Positions 28,903-42,687 of a stretch of DNA of 64,000 bases are shown here, piece by piece. The stretch is from the NCBI RefSeq assembly GCF_006345805.1, contig NC_043003.1, positions 9,238,001 to 9,302,000 on the forward strand. Direction: 5' to 3'. Numbering within the stretch: position 1 is the stretch's first letter; each line of letters starts with the position of its first letter. Source of the DNA: Octopus sinensis. Lineage: Eukaryota. The notes below the pieces were generated by a model. It saw only the letters and a program-made list of their open reading frames with translations, had not been told where the DNA came from and did not search any database. A program made the position numbers and the translations under genes.

Positions 28903-29398
28903 AACAACAACTGCTACTACTACTACTACTACTACTGCTACAACAACAACAACAACAACTACTACTACTACTACTACTACTGCTGCTACAACTACTACTA
29001 CTACTACTACTACTATACTACTACTACTGCTGCTGCTGCTGCTGTGCTGCTGCTGTCGATGATGATGATGATGGATGATGCCGATGATAATGATGGTGGT
29101 GGTGGTGACGATGATGCCGTTACTGATGCTCTTATAACGGTGGTTAATAACTTAGAATTAGTAATTACTACTACTAGTTGTATAGAAGCTTTAACTGGTA
29201 CAAATAGTGAAGCAGTCGTCGTTACTGTGGACGATATCGTAGTAAGTTGTATTAGCTGCAGCAACAGCAGCCTAACTACTACTACTACTACTACTACTAC
29301 CACTACAATTACCGCTACTACTACTACTACACTACTACCACCACTACTATTACTACCACTACTACTACTACTACTACTACCACTACCACCACTACTAT

Positions 29399-29434
<36 letters not shown>

Positions 29435-29489
29435 CACCACCACCACTACTACTACTACTACCACCACCATTACCGCTACCACCACCACC

Positions 29490-29521
<32 letters not shown>

Positions 29522-29522
29522 T

Positions 29523-29575
<53 letters not shown>

Positions 29576-29605
29576 ACTACTACTACTACTACTACTACTA
29601 CTAAA
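28795..29605. repeat. Compound trinucleotide microsatellite (TAC/CTA/CAA/CCA/CTG/GAT)
   Basis: Direct inspection; explains the 282-aa low-complexity ORF. Confidence 0.9.
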
Positions 29606-30936
29606 TATATGTCCAATTCGATGGTTATTGTTTCCGAATTAAAAGAAGGAAGGAATGTAACCCAATTTTATTAATCAGAGAAGGTACCATATTGTCTGTA
29701 GCGATAATGCAGTACAAGTAGAGTTATGTAATCATAACACGCATTTATATTCTGTGTTGCTATATTCAAACAGTGTAGATTCCAGAGTTAGAGCGACAGT
29801 CATGTGCACTGTGTGTCTGTGTGCACGTGTAATAGCGTGCACGTTGGCAAGCGCACTGTGAGAGTGCATCGTGTATTTGTGTGTAGGTGTTTCTGTGTGC
29901 ATGCATACTTGCGTATATTCATTGTTGTAAGATTGGGATGTAACTTAACAGAAACTTTCAACCTCTGTATTTTTTTATTGAGAACGGGTTTCCTTTTATA
30001 ATCCCCGCCCATTTTCCTCAACTGCATGGTTTGTTTACAACTGAAAAGAAAGTTCTGTGAAGAAGATACGAGTTATGTCGATTGAATCATTCTCGCTATT
30101 ATCCTGGTGCTTATTTACTCGCGGTTGGAAGAATGATAAGGCAAGGTCGAATGATAAGGCAAAGTCGAACTCAGAACATCTACAGCATCTGGGTTAACAA
30201 ACGACCATTCTCGGCTCCCACTTCTTTCATATTGATATTTTATTGGCACGGCACCAAATATTTTTAAAGGACATTAAACAGGAATTTGTCATTATCTTGG
30301 TTTTCTCAAGGGCGATGAGATTGATATGAAAATATTACAGATAATTGAAACTGTTTCGATGTATCATAAATGTGGACCCCGCTGCCCTCCAAAGTCACCC
30401 TGACCGCGTTATTATTTATTTCTAACATAGGTACAAGTCAATAATTTTTGGGGCTCCCGTCAATTATATTAATATCAGAACAAGACCTATGAATTGAGAC
30501 TCAGCGGGAGCGTATAACATGTGACAAGTTATAAAATTTTTTTGTCTGCATCGATTCAGTTACCTACTGTGCTCTATAATTACATTTTAATATTTGGTAT
30601 AGAGTCACAGAATATAAAAAAAATATAATGACTATTAAATTCATATCAAGCGCATGTACAACGGTCTGTTTAAGAGGTATGCTTCGCCTCCACATAGTTT
30701 CAGATTCACTCCCATCCGCGTGGCGCCTTCAGCAAATGTCTTTTACGTATAGCGCCGGACCGATCAAAACCTTGTGGGGCAAGCTGATAACCAAGAAAAT
30801 TGTGCAGAAGCCCTTTATATATGAATATATATAACATATATATATTTAGACACAAACACATGTGTGTGTGTGTGTATGCATACATACACATACATACGCA
30901 CACATATATCTGTAAATATACATATATGCGCGTATG

Positions 30937-30969
<33 letters not shown>

Positions 30970-30988
30970 CACACACACACACATATAT

Positions 30989-31087
<99 letters not shown>

Positions 31088-32154
31088 GAGTAGTCAGTTA
31101 CATGGTGCTGGTATTTTATTTTATTAACCACGGAAGGATGAAAGTCAAATATTACCTTGATGGAATCTGAACTCAGAACGTAAAGAGTCGCAACAAGTAT
31201 AGCCGGGCCTTTTGTCCGTCGGTGTAAAGACTCTGCTAATCGACCGCCCACCCAATGACTTAATTATTATTTCTAACAGAGGCACAAGGCCAGGAAGTTG
31301 TTGGGAAGAGGTTAGTCATTTAAATCGATCATGCAATTGACTGCCGCTTTATTTTCATCGACCACAGAAAGATAAAAGGCAAAATATCTCAACTCACGCA
31401 GCACCTACTCTACGCGATTAACATCCAGTGAAATAACACAACACACGTTCCTACATAACCGATAACTAACACTAACTAATGCGACTCGCGATCTACACAT
31501 CTGCAGCCCATTAATGCTACGCAAATCACTCCCACTTATTTTACACAATTACCGCCTGGCACTGAATGACACTAAATACCGCCAATCACACAACGTTTAC
31601 GAGATATAATCCTTACCCAATAAAATGACACAACACACACTGAACATTCGTTTTACAGCAAAAGAATCATTAAAATAGTACAAGATACAAGAAATCGAAC
31701 TCAACAACAAGGGAAAATTAGTATTCAAACATAGGTCTACATTCCCAAATGACAATGACAACTTAACAACCCGAAGCTGCACTTAATTTGCAGTAGAAAC
31801 TCATATAAAAATGTTGAAATAAAAAATAATAAAAATTGCTTTTGTTCTAGGCACATGACCAGCAATTTTAGTATGAGAGCATTTATCGATTAAATCAACC
31901 CCAGTCCTTCACTGATACTTCATTTTATCAACCTCGAAAGAATAGAAAGCAAAGTTGAACTCAGAATCTATATGACTGGAAGAAATACCATAAGACATTT
32001 CTTCCAACATTCTAATGATACAACCGGATGGCCACCTTTGATGGTTTCTAATTTGAACAGAAGGTAAGGCGGCGAAATGGCAGAATCGTTTGCATGCCAA
32101 ACAAAATGCTTAGCGGCATTTCGTCCGTCTTTACGATCTGAGTTCATTAGGGTT

Positions 32155-32456
32155 GACTATGCCTTTCATCATTTTGGGGTCGATAAGATATGTACTTTTT
32201 GGGATATGTACCTTTTTTGGGACTATGCCTTTCATCCTTTTGGGGTCGATAAGATATGTACCTTTTGGGATATGTACTTTTTTGGGGACTATGCCTTTCA
32301 TCCTTTTGGGGTCGATAAGATATGTACCTTTTGGGATATGTACCTCTTTTGGGACTATGCCTTTCATCATTTTGGGGTCGATAAGATATGTACCTTTTGG
32401 GATATGTACTTTTTTGGGACTATGCCTTTCATCCTTTTGAGGTCGATAAGATATGT
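32155..32456 (+). repeat. 66-bp minisatellite derived from SINE A body (4 units + partial)
   Basis: GACTATGCCTTTCATC starts at 32155, 32221, 32287, 32353 and 32418, inside a SINE at ~32065-32530. Confidence 0.9.
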
Positions 32457-32729
32457 GTCATTGAGCACTGGAGTCGATGTAATGGACTAATCCCTCTCCT
32501 AAACTCACTGACCTTATGCCAAAATTTGAAATCAATTTAAGTAGAAGGTTAGTAATTTCATGGAAAGGGCGGTAGTTGACTAGCATTACATTTTATCGAC
32601 CCCCAGGGGGATGAAAGTTGACATCGATGTAATTTGAACTCAAATGGTAAAGAACCGAAACCAATTAGACAAAGCAATTTTTCCGATGCTTAAACGATCT
32701 TGATTGGCTGCCGAATACTGAAATTATTA

Positions 32730-32765
<36 letters not shown>

Positions 32766-32974
32766 TATTATTATTATTATATTATTGTTGTTGTTGTTGT
32801 TGTTGATGTTGTTTTTGTTGTTGCTGTTGTTATTAATAATAATAATAATAATAATATAATAATAATAATAATAATGATAATAATAGTAAGGTGGTGAGCT
32901 GGCAGCATCATTAGCATGCCAGGCAAAATGCTTGGCGGCACTTCGTCCGTCCTTACGTTATTATTATTATTATT

Positions 32975-33296
32975 GAGTGAGAGAGCAGTGCATGCCATCA
33001 AAGTGACACTGGGGTAAAATATACGAAGCCCAGTATACCCATCATGACTACCTGTCTGATAAGGGTACACCAGGAACATGCATCACAACCATATGTGCAC
33101 GACATGGTGATCTCATATTAAGATAAACAGCACAAGGCTTTGCAGGTGGGGCCCAGTTAGAATTTTCTTCAGCTCGAGTAATCCCTTCCGCTCAAAAGGT
33201 CCCTGAATAAGGTTTGTTTAAGGATGATAAACGAAACACCTATGTTTCCAAAGGTGAATTATCCAAACCCCAAAGAATCCCTCTCAACACATGGCT

Positions 33297-33362
<66 letters not shown>

Positions 33363-33838
33363 GTCCTGATTCGAAGTGTTATAATGTACATTGTTTTGTC
33401 TTAGTATAAAAGATGCGATACAGCAAATATTCTGCTCAATACCACAGATTTACTTGTCAGTTGCTTGACCTTAACCAGTTGAGCATGTCCCTTAGTGGCT
33501 GACGATATGTGCATCTCTGATCACGTGCAGAAGTAGTGGGGGAGCATCATAGCCATGTGTTGAGAGGATTTCTTTTGGGTTTTGATAATTCACCTTTAGA
33601 AACATGGGTGTTTTGTTCAACATCCTTAAAGAACCCTTATTCAGGGACTTTTTGAATGGGATGGGATAGCCGACCTGAAGAAAATTGTAACTGGGTCCCA
33701 TCTGCAAGGTCATGAGATTACTATGTCGCGCATATACGGTTGTGATGCATGTGACTGGTGTACCCTTATCAGACGGGTAGTCATGATGGGTACACTGGGC
33801 TTCGCATATTTTACCCCAGTGTCACTGCACTCTCACTC
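32975..33838. mobile_element. Inverted pair of a (TAA)n-associated interspersed repeat (family E)
   Basis: 32975-33301 and 33360-33838 are diverged reverse complements; third fragment at 35283-35413; all abut (TAA)n. Confidence 0.75.
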
Positions 33839-33890
<52 letters not shown>

Positions 33891-33892
<2 letters not shown>

Positions 33893-34097
33893 CCTTTCTA
33901 CCTTTGGCACAAATTTGGAGGAGGGGGACAGTCGATTACATCGACCCCACTACTCAACTGGTACTTAATTTATCAATCCCGACAGGATGAAAGGCGAAGT
34001 CAACCTCTGTGGAATTTAAAATCAGAACGTAGCGGGAGACAAAATATTGCTAGGCATTTCACCCGGAGTGCTAACGATTCGGCCAGCTCGCCACCTT
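33891..34097 (-). mobile_element. SINE family A between (TAA)n runs
   Basis: Head at 34097 and body match the family. Confidence 0.8.
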
Positions 34098-34107
34098 AAT
34101 AATAATG

Positions 34108-34160
<53 letters not shown>

Positions 34161-34793
34161 TGGTGGGAACACAAACCACCCCCAGTGCTTGAAAATGACC
34201 ACATCTCACTCCTCTGGAACTTCACCATTCAATCTGACAGGAAGATAGATGCAAATAGGCCAGACATCATATTGAAAGACTTCAAACAAAGAACATGCCT
34301 CCTCATTGATATGACTGTCCCAATCGATATAAACGTATCTGTCAGGACCTACCAAAAACTGAGCAAATATAAAGATCTTGAAATAGAAATCAGCAAAATG
34401 TGGAAGCTGAAGACTAAAACAATACCTGTTGTCATAGGTGCCCTGGGAATGATAGCAAAAGGGGCTGATAGCTACCTAACTCAGATACCAGGAAACCCAA
34501 AAATGGCAGAAGTTCAAAAGATAGTGCTCATGGGAACTGCTCATATCCTACGCAAAATACTCTCTATGTAACCTCAAGGTTTAAAACAACCATAATTTTC
34601 GGTTTAAAAAAAAAAAAAAAAAAAAAAAAAACTTTTTTTTTTTAGACATTCATTAGTACAACATCCCCACCCCCCAAATATATGGCACACTAGGCATAAC
34701 AACAACATGAACTTCCAACCCTGTTGTCTCTTGAGGTCTCTGGGTGAGACTTGGAGCCAACTTGTACAAATATAAAGCAAAAGTCAAACATAG
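34161..34793 (+). mobile_element. R4/Dong-clade-like non-LTR retrotransposon 3' end (REL endonuclease + 3' UTR)
   Basis: Open frame 34161-34571: WWEHKPPPVLEN..LLWNFTIQSD..NRPDII..IDMTVP..KLSKYKDL..IPVVIGALG..QKIVLMGTAHILRKIL (PD..D..K..KY restriction-like motif). (TAA)n on both sides. Confidence 0.88.
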
Positions 34794-34820
34794 AATAATA
34801 ATAATAATAATAATAATAAT

Positions 34821-35211
34821 GATTTCAAATTTTGCCAGAAGGGCAGCCATTAAGGGGGGGGGGGATGAGTCGATTACAGCGACCCCAGTGTTTCACTGAT
34901 ACTTATTCTATCGACCCCGAAGGGATGGAAGGCAAAGTCGACCTCGGCAGAATTTGAACTCAGAAAGTAGCGACAGACGAAATACCTATTTCTGTTTCTT
35001 TACTACCCACAAGGGGCTAAACACAGAAAGGACAAACGGATTAAGTGGATTATATCGACCCCAGTGCGTAACTAGTACTTATTTTATCGACCCCGAAAGG
35101 ATGAAAGGCAAAGTCGACCTCGGCGGAATTTGAACTCAGAACGTAGCGGCAGACGAAATACTGCTAAGCATTTCGCCCGGCGTGCTAACGTGTCTGCCAG
35201 CTCACCGCCTA
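34821..35211 (-). mobile_element. SINE family A, dimeric body
   Basis: Two body units with the same GAAATACCTATTTC junction as the other dimers. Confidence 0.85.
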
Positions 35212-35239
35212 ATGGATGGGTAGTAGCAGTAATAATAAT

Positions 35240-35287
<48 letters not shown>

Positions 35288-36479
35288 ATCACCATGTCGC
35301 GCACACACGGTTGGGTTGCATGCGCCTGGTGTACTCTTATGAGACGGGTAGTCATGATCGGTATAATGGGCTTCGTATATTGGGCTTTGTTGGCATGACC
35401 TGCTCTCTTACTCAATAATAGCGAAATTCTTGCTTGAAATCGAATTATGGTTCAAACAATAGCAAAATTCTCGCTTGAAATCGAATTATAGTTCAAACAC
35501 CTTAAGTTCCAACACAAAGCAGTAACAGAAACTGAGATACTGATGGCATATAGACCAACTCGATTGAATAACCATAAATGTATACCTTTACTGACAAATA
35601 TTTCCGTAAACTCAATGCTTAGTATATGAATAAAAGTCTAACGTTGACGTAGATTAAGAAATTCAGATTGGATATTAGGGATACAGAAGCAGGAATCCCC
35701 ACTACTTATGCTAAAAGAAATTCTTTCAATACAGACAACAAATATCGCCCGTTTGGTGTATTTTCTGAAAAAAGCACGCGTGCCCTTACCGAAGCTTTCA
35801 AGGAGAGTCAGCGTGATACAAAATGTGACAAAACTGGCCCTTTGAAATATAGGTGCTACTCATTTTTACCAGCTGAGTGGACTGGAGCAGCGTCAAATTA
35901 AATGTCTTGTTCAAGGACACAACACGTGGCCGGGCATCGAACCCACGACCCTATGTCGGTGAACTGAATACTCCTAAACACTAAACCACGTTCCCCCACA
36001 GGACATGTAAACTAGCTTTGAAAAACAAACGTAAGAATCAATAACAAAGCTGCTTAGGTGTTTCGCTTATAAGCACATACTTCGCCTGGTCTGAGTTTCG
36101 AACCCGCGATCCATCGACCGCGAGTCCGCTGCTCTAACCACTAGGCCATGTGACTCCACATACATACATGCATACTAGTAAATCGTGTCAATGTTTCTGT
36201 GTGAATACACACTCACATACAAACACATACGCCCAAATACATGCATATATAAGTTATAAATACATATATATATATATATATATATACATATATGTATGTG
36301 TTTGTCTGTTTGTGTGTGTGTGTGTGTGTGTGTGCGTGTATGTGAGTGTGTATTCGCACATACACATGTATATGTATTACTAAACATCAGCTGCAACATT
36401 CGTAAAATAACCTTTTTCAGCGCTTGGAAACCTCTATTGAAGGAGATGATGGCTTCTCTTATCTAGACAACGTAAACGG

Positions 36480-36990
36480 ATACAGGGAAGGGTGCTCTGT
36501 AAAGTAGTAGTCACAGTAAGAACAGGATAGAAAAAGTTCACGCAACAATTATCTTTTGCTAGCAGAAAGAAATTCTCTCTCTTTGAGCAAGGGGTTTATT
36601 TTACGTTGCTTGTGTGCGAAGTGCGATACGGTATGATAGTGAGACGTGGGCATTGAAAGCAGAGAATGTGCTAAGACGAGATAGAAATGAAGCAAGTATA
36701 CTCCACTGTATACCACTGCATGAATGACGTGGTATATAGATTAGCTAATAAATAAACTGGGTACAAGAGGAATCTGTTGTAGTATGCAAGAGAGAAGTTT
36801 GCGTTGGCGTGGAGATGTAATGCATATGGATGATAATAGATGGGTAACGTAATAATAAGAGATCCAAGTGGAAGGAGAGTACAAACGGCGAAGGCTGATC
36901 TTGGTATCTTGTAGCTAACGAAAGGGATTTCAAAAGAAAGCAAAATTGTGAGACGGTGGGTTCGAAGGAATCTGTCCAATCAATACAAGC
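36480..36990 (+). mobile_element. RTE-clade LINE C-terminal relic
   Basis: Decayed segments such as SETWALKAENV..RNEAS..GTRGICCSMQERSL match the RTE C-terminal pattern; multiple frameshifts. Confidence 0.6.
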
Positions 36991-37045
36991 ATGAAAATGA
37001 GGCCGGAAAAATATTGATGATAGTGTTACACGCACACACACACAA

Positions 37046-37084
<39 letters not shown>

Positions 37085-37232
37085 TACACACACTCGTATA
37101 TAGATACGTGTGTATATATATATATATAAATATACTACTAACAATATAGGATGAAGTCCCTTTCTCTACAGAAAAGGATTCCATCAAAAAGCGTGGCAGT
37201 ATATAAAAAAAACCTTTACGGTTGAAGTATAA

Positions 37233-37397
37233 ACATCTTATAATTAAGGGCTAAAGAAGGTCATTCTAAAGCCAATACACTGATTTATCCACTTATAATC
37301 CACTTGTTACAGGAAAATTTTCCTGTAACAAGTGGATTATAAGTGGATAAATCAGTGTATTGGCTTTAGAATAACCTTCTTTAGCCCTTAATTATAA

Positions 37398-37402
<5 letters not shown>
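37233..37402. repeat. 170-bp spacerless palindrome
   Basis: 85-bp arms centred on AAAA|TTTT (37317/37318), one mismatch (37262/37373). Confidence 0.95.
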
Positions 37403-37444
<42 letters not shown>

Positions 37445-37446
<2 letters not shown>

Positions 37447-37807
37447 TAAGTCGTTACATTGCAGCCATGCTGGAGCACCACCTTCAGTCGAACAAATCGA
37501 CCCCAGCACTTATTATTTGTAAGCATAGTATTTAGTCTATTTGGACCCCTTTTGCCGAACCGCTATGTTTACGGAGATGTAAGCACACCAACATCGGTTG
37601 TCAACCGATGATGGGGAGACAAACACAGACACACAGATATATATACGACAGGCTTCTTTCAGTTTCCTTCTACCAAATCCACTCATTAGGCTTTGGCCGG
37701 CCCGAGGCTATAGTAGAAGCCAGTTGCCGAAGGTGTCACGCAGTGGCTCTGAACCCAGAACCATGAGGTTTGGAACAAGCTACTTACTACACAGCCACTC
37801 CTACGCC

Positions 37808-37840
<33 letters not shown>

Positions 37841-38023
37841 TACTTGTTTCAGTTATTAGACTGAGGCCATCCTGGGATACCGCATTGAATTTTTGTTCGA
37901 ATGAATCAGACCCAGTACTTATTCTTTCGGTCTGTATTACCGAACCGCAAACACACCAACAACTATGTTGAAACGCTGGTAGGGGGACAAACACAGACAG
38001 AAAGACACGCACACATGCACGCA

Positions 38024-38083
<60 letters not shown>

Positions 38084-38265
38084 ACACAGATAGATATACA
38101 CACATCTCTACGACGTTTCTGTCTATCAAATCCACTCATAATGCTTTGATCGGCTCGAGGCTATAGAAGAAAGAATTTGTCCAAGGTACCACGCAGTGGG
38201 ACTGAACCCGGAACCATGTGGTAAGGAAGCAAATTTCTTACTACACAGCCACGCCTGCACCTAAA
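37445..38265 (-). mobile_element. Two tandem SINE family C copies
   Basis: Family blocks at ~37445-37810 and ~37835-38265. Confidence 0.8.
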
Positions 38266-38314
38266 TATAAATATAAATATAAATATAAATATAAATAAAT
38301 AAATATATATATAT

Positions 38315-38348
<34 letters not shown>

Positions 38349-38350
38349 AT

Positions 38351-38385
<35 letters not shown>

Positions 38386-38421
38386 CACACACACGCGCAC
38401 ACACAGTCACACACACACACA

Positions 38422-39241
38422 CATATAGGAGGTACTGAGCACACGGTTTGAGAACTTTTAGATGAGGTAGTTATGACTGCTCCGGATTATTCTAATTGTA
38501 GTATGTCATTTCTCTACATGACCTGCCTCCTTTTGTTATTCCAGATTGAAGGAGACGACAGTAACACCTCTTTGAACACACCCTGCTAAACACTGATTGC
38601 CACAGCTGACTAGTTTGCACAATACTGTTGGGAGGTGAAAACCATTTGGAAACCCGCTATGCAATAAAGTTTGCCGCTAAACTGGGCAAAATTGCTGTAG
38701 AAACTGAAATACACTAGACTGTTTATAGATTTGAATTATAGATTCGAATTTTCGCGCCGGGACAAGAGGCCAGGCAAAGCAAATCCACCAAGAAGCTCAT
38801 AATGATCCCGTTTTCAACAGCAAGGACATCATCTGAATCCACTGGACACTCTTTAGCCAGATTCTCAACAAAGAGTACTTTGGAGCTTCTGAGGGAGGTC
38901 AGCAAGAACTTTGTCGCAAAAGTTCAGAGTACCAGAATGAGGACAATGCATTAGTTCAGAATTCCGCCCTGGTAACCAACTGAGTCACGGAGATGGGTGT
39001 CAACACTGTCTATACACTCCTTAAAGTCCAGGCCTTGTGACTTATGACTTTACTTGTTTCCCAAGCTGAAGGTGTGAAGATGAAAGAGCTTGGATGTCTT
39101 CACTTTAGAGGACTTTCATAGATGGAAGATCCTACTTTGGAAAAGGTTAATTTCGTGCTTTGAAATTAATAAATAATTCTCCTGAAAATGGATCCAAACT
39201 TCTGGAATGAGCCTTGTATATATACACTACACAGATGATTA
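38422..39241 (+). mobile_element. Decayed mariner transposase relic, copy 1
   Basis: Fragments ETRYAIKFAAKLGK, KKLIMIPF..SKDI, NKEYF, a YSPDLAPCDFxLFPKLK-like stretch, and a TIR-like end AAACTTCTGGAATGAGCCTTG-TA. Confidence 0.65.
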
Positions 39242-39265
39242 TATATATATAATATATATATATAT

Positions 39266-39328
<63 letters not shown>

Positions 39329-39366
39329 CACACACACGCGCACACACAGTCACACACACACACACA

Positions 39367-40186
39367 CATATAGGAGGTACTGAGCACACGGTTTGAGAAC
39401 TTTTAGATGAGGTAGTTATGACTGCTCCGGATTATTCTAATTGTAGTATGTCATTTCTCTACATGACCTGCCTCCTTTTGTTATTCCAGATTGAAGGAGA
39501 CGACAGTAACACCTCTTTGAACACACCCTGCTAAACACTGATTGCCACAGCTGACTAGTTTGCACAATACTGTTGGGAGGTGAAAACCATTTGGAAACCC
39601 GCTATGCAATAAAGTTTGCCGCTAAACTGGGCAAAATTGCTGTAGAAACTGAAATACACTAGACTGTTTATAGATTTGAATTATAGATTCGAATTTTCGC
39701 GCCGGGACAAGAGGCCAGGCAAAGCAAATCCACCAAGAAGCTCATAATGATCCCGTTTTCAACAGCAAGGACATCATCTGAATCCACTGGACACTCTTTA
39801 GCCAGATTCTCAACAAAGAGTACTTTGGAGCTTCTGAGGGAGGTCAGCAAGAACTTTGTCGCAAAAGTTCAGAGTACCAGAATGAGGACAATGCATTAGT
39901 TCAGAATTCCGCCCTGGTAACCAACTGAGTCACGGAGATGGGTGTCAACACTGTCTATACACTCCTTAAAGTCCAGGCCTTGTGACTTATGACTTTACTT
40001 GTTTCCCAAGCTGAAGGTGTGAAGATGAAAGAGCTTGGATGTCTTCACTTTAGAGGACTTTCATAGATGGAAGATCCTACTTTGGAAAAGGTTAATTTCG
40101 TGCTTTGAAATTAATAAATAATTCTCCTGAAAATGGATCCAAACTTCTGGAATGAGCCTTGTATATATACACTACACAGATGATTA
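39367..40186 (+). mobile_element. Decayed mariner relic, copy 2 (tandem duplicate, period 945)
   Basis: Appears identical to 38422-39241 by eye; the duplicated ORFs 38723-38905 and 39668-39850 are offset by 945. Confidence 0.7.
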
Positions 40187-40714
40187 TATATATATATATA
40201 TATATATAAAACACATACGCAGGTATTTTAAATAAACATACGTAAATATACTTACACATATATATTTAGAGACAAACATGTGTGTATGTGTTTGTGTAAG
40301 AAAAATGTATGTATATGGTTTTTTTTTAACTTGTTGAGCTTGGAGGAAATGGCCAAGACCATAATTCTTGCAGACACTCAGAGACTGGAGAGATCAAAGC
40401 CGTTTAATGTTAATGCGTTTCCGTATATAAGTGTGTTGTATATTATATTTGTACGTTTGTGTGTGCATGAGTGTGTGTGTGTGTGTGTGTGCTTACATAG
40501 TGTGTTTTTGTGCGTAGTCCATTCTCTGTTAGCTACATGATGAGCACTCAGTTGGTCAACCAACTGGTTTTCCTACTTAGCAAATTAAGGTGTTAGTGGG
40601 TGTGTTCCTTAGACACGTGTATACCTGACATATTTATTTGGTCAAAACAAAAAAACACAATAAGAAAAAAAACCGGTCTTTCGAAAAACCTCTCTCTCTC
40701 TCTCTCTGTATACA

Positions 40715-40749
<35 letters not shown>

Positions 40750-40750
<1 letters not shown>

Positions 40751-41180
40751 TAGTGTAATAAATAAAATATATGCATACATACAAACATATATGTACGTAC
40801 CTACATCTACATGTATATATACATGCATATATAAATATATATACGTGTGTACAGGACACCACAAATAGACGTAGAACTCAACGAGAAACGAAGAAGTAAA
40901 AACAGCATGGAACGAACCATTTCTTTAACAACGGAAAAACAGAGTACAAGACAACTACACAAGGAAAAATCCCCTTCATCAGCTGTCCCTAGTTCAACTC
41001 CAGCGTGTTTCACACGTATTTATATTTATATATGCATGTATATATACATGTAGATGTAGGTACGTACATATATGTTTGTATGTATGCATATATTTTATTT
41101 ATTACACTATTGTATGTCTGAGTGACCTCGCGTCGATTCGATTCGTTTCATTTCGTTTCGTTCTTCCTCTTCTCTAAGCT

Positions 41181-41185
<5 letters not shown>
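40750..41185. mobile_element. Fold-back fragment in (TA)n, possibly PLE-derived
   Basis: 100-bp inverted repeat (40750-40849 / 41011-41110). The minus strand has CTGATGA (40976-40982) and GAAAC (41007-41011), and both flanks are (TA)n. Confidence 0.4.
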
Positions 41186-41217
<32 letters not shown>

Positions 41218-41589
41218 GCAGGCGTGCTTCCTAATCACATGGTTGCGAGTTCGGTTTCACTGCATAGTACCTTCAGCGAGTGTTTTCTACTGTCGCCTTT
41301 GTCCGACGAGAGCCTTGTGAGTGGATTTGGTAGATGCTACCTGAAAGAAGCGCGATGTATAAGGGAAATATGTAAGGTTATTTTGGACGCTAATTGACGA
41401 GGAATGAGCACGTTTATATCTCGTGTGTGTATTTTCTGTCTGTTGTGTCGGGTTTCAGATTGCTTTTTGAAACTATACATATATACATGTGTTCCTAGGT
41501 AAATATCTATCTCAGTTTCTATGTGGGTGTGCATGTGTACATAAACACACGTACATATATATATATATATATATACACATACATACACA

Positions 41590-41677
<88 letters not shown>

Positions 41678-42687
41678 TCACCGTGATCACCGTGACCACC
41701 AGGCTATCAGATGTTGCTACACATCGCTGGTCACAATGCGCTTCGCATTGTTTTACCCTTCAAATGACGCCACCCCGCTGGCTAAGCGAGCAGGCCAATA
41801 TACATATATATACATATATATATACACATACATACATGTATATATATATATACATATATATATACACATACATACATGTATATATATATATACACATATA
41901 TATACACATACATACATATTTATATATATAGATATATACATATATATATGGTGGCTGCCCCCTCGTTATCGAGTATGGCCATTGCACGAAGCTTAATCAA
42001 TGTTGTTATCGTGCAATGCTTGTGCAAGATTTTTTTTTAAGTGAGGAAAGGCTGTGCACTGAGTCAATCCCACTCACTAAGCAACTGCAGCCATAATCCG
42101 AAAAGAAGGACAAGTCAACATCATCGGTAACCACTGAGCCGCAGGTTTTATGTCGGAGTTATCCCAGTTACCTGAGTTACCTTCTCCTAGAAGAATGCTC
42201 TAACAATTGCTAGGAGTCCTTCACTCCCAATGGTTTAACCGCGCGATCGGGTATTCAGTCCGATTATGTCTATGTCCCCGCGCATGATACAGCCTTACGA
42301 CATTTATTGGATGTCCGTTGACTCTCATCTCAAGAGTTCCTCCGACCTTTGACGGGTTTTGTTTTTCATCTCGCAGGGTGTCCAATAAACACCCTCCTCA
42401 TCAAGTAAGCTTGGTGGGGTTGCCGGTTTAGTCGCCGACGACCCGACCATGCAACAGGTTGTACTGGGTTACATGTTACCAGTAGCACTCGTAAGTGACC
42501 TGACATATATATATATAGATAGATATATACATACATATAGATACATATATATATATATATAGATAGATAGATACATATATACATACATACATATATACAT
42601 ATATACATACATACATATATATATATACATATATACATACATACATACATTAATGCATACATACATACATTATATATATATATATAT

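Noticed and set aside
28756-29604. 282-aa poly-Y/T/L/P ORF
   Set aside because: Compound trinucleotide microsatellite; no domain content or splice context.
32077-32490. 137-aa ORF with 22-aa repeats
   Set aside because: By-product of the 66-bp SINE-derived minisatellite.
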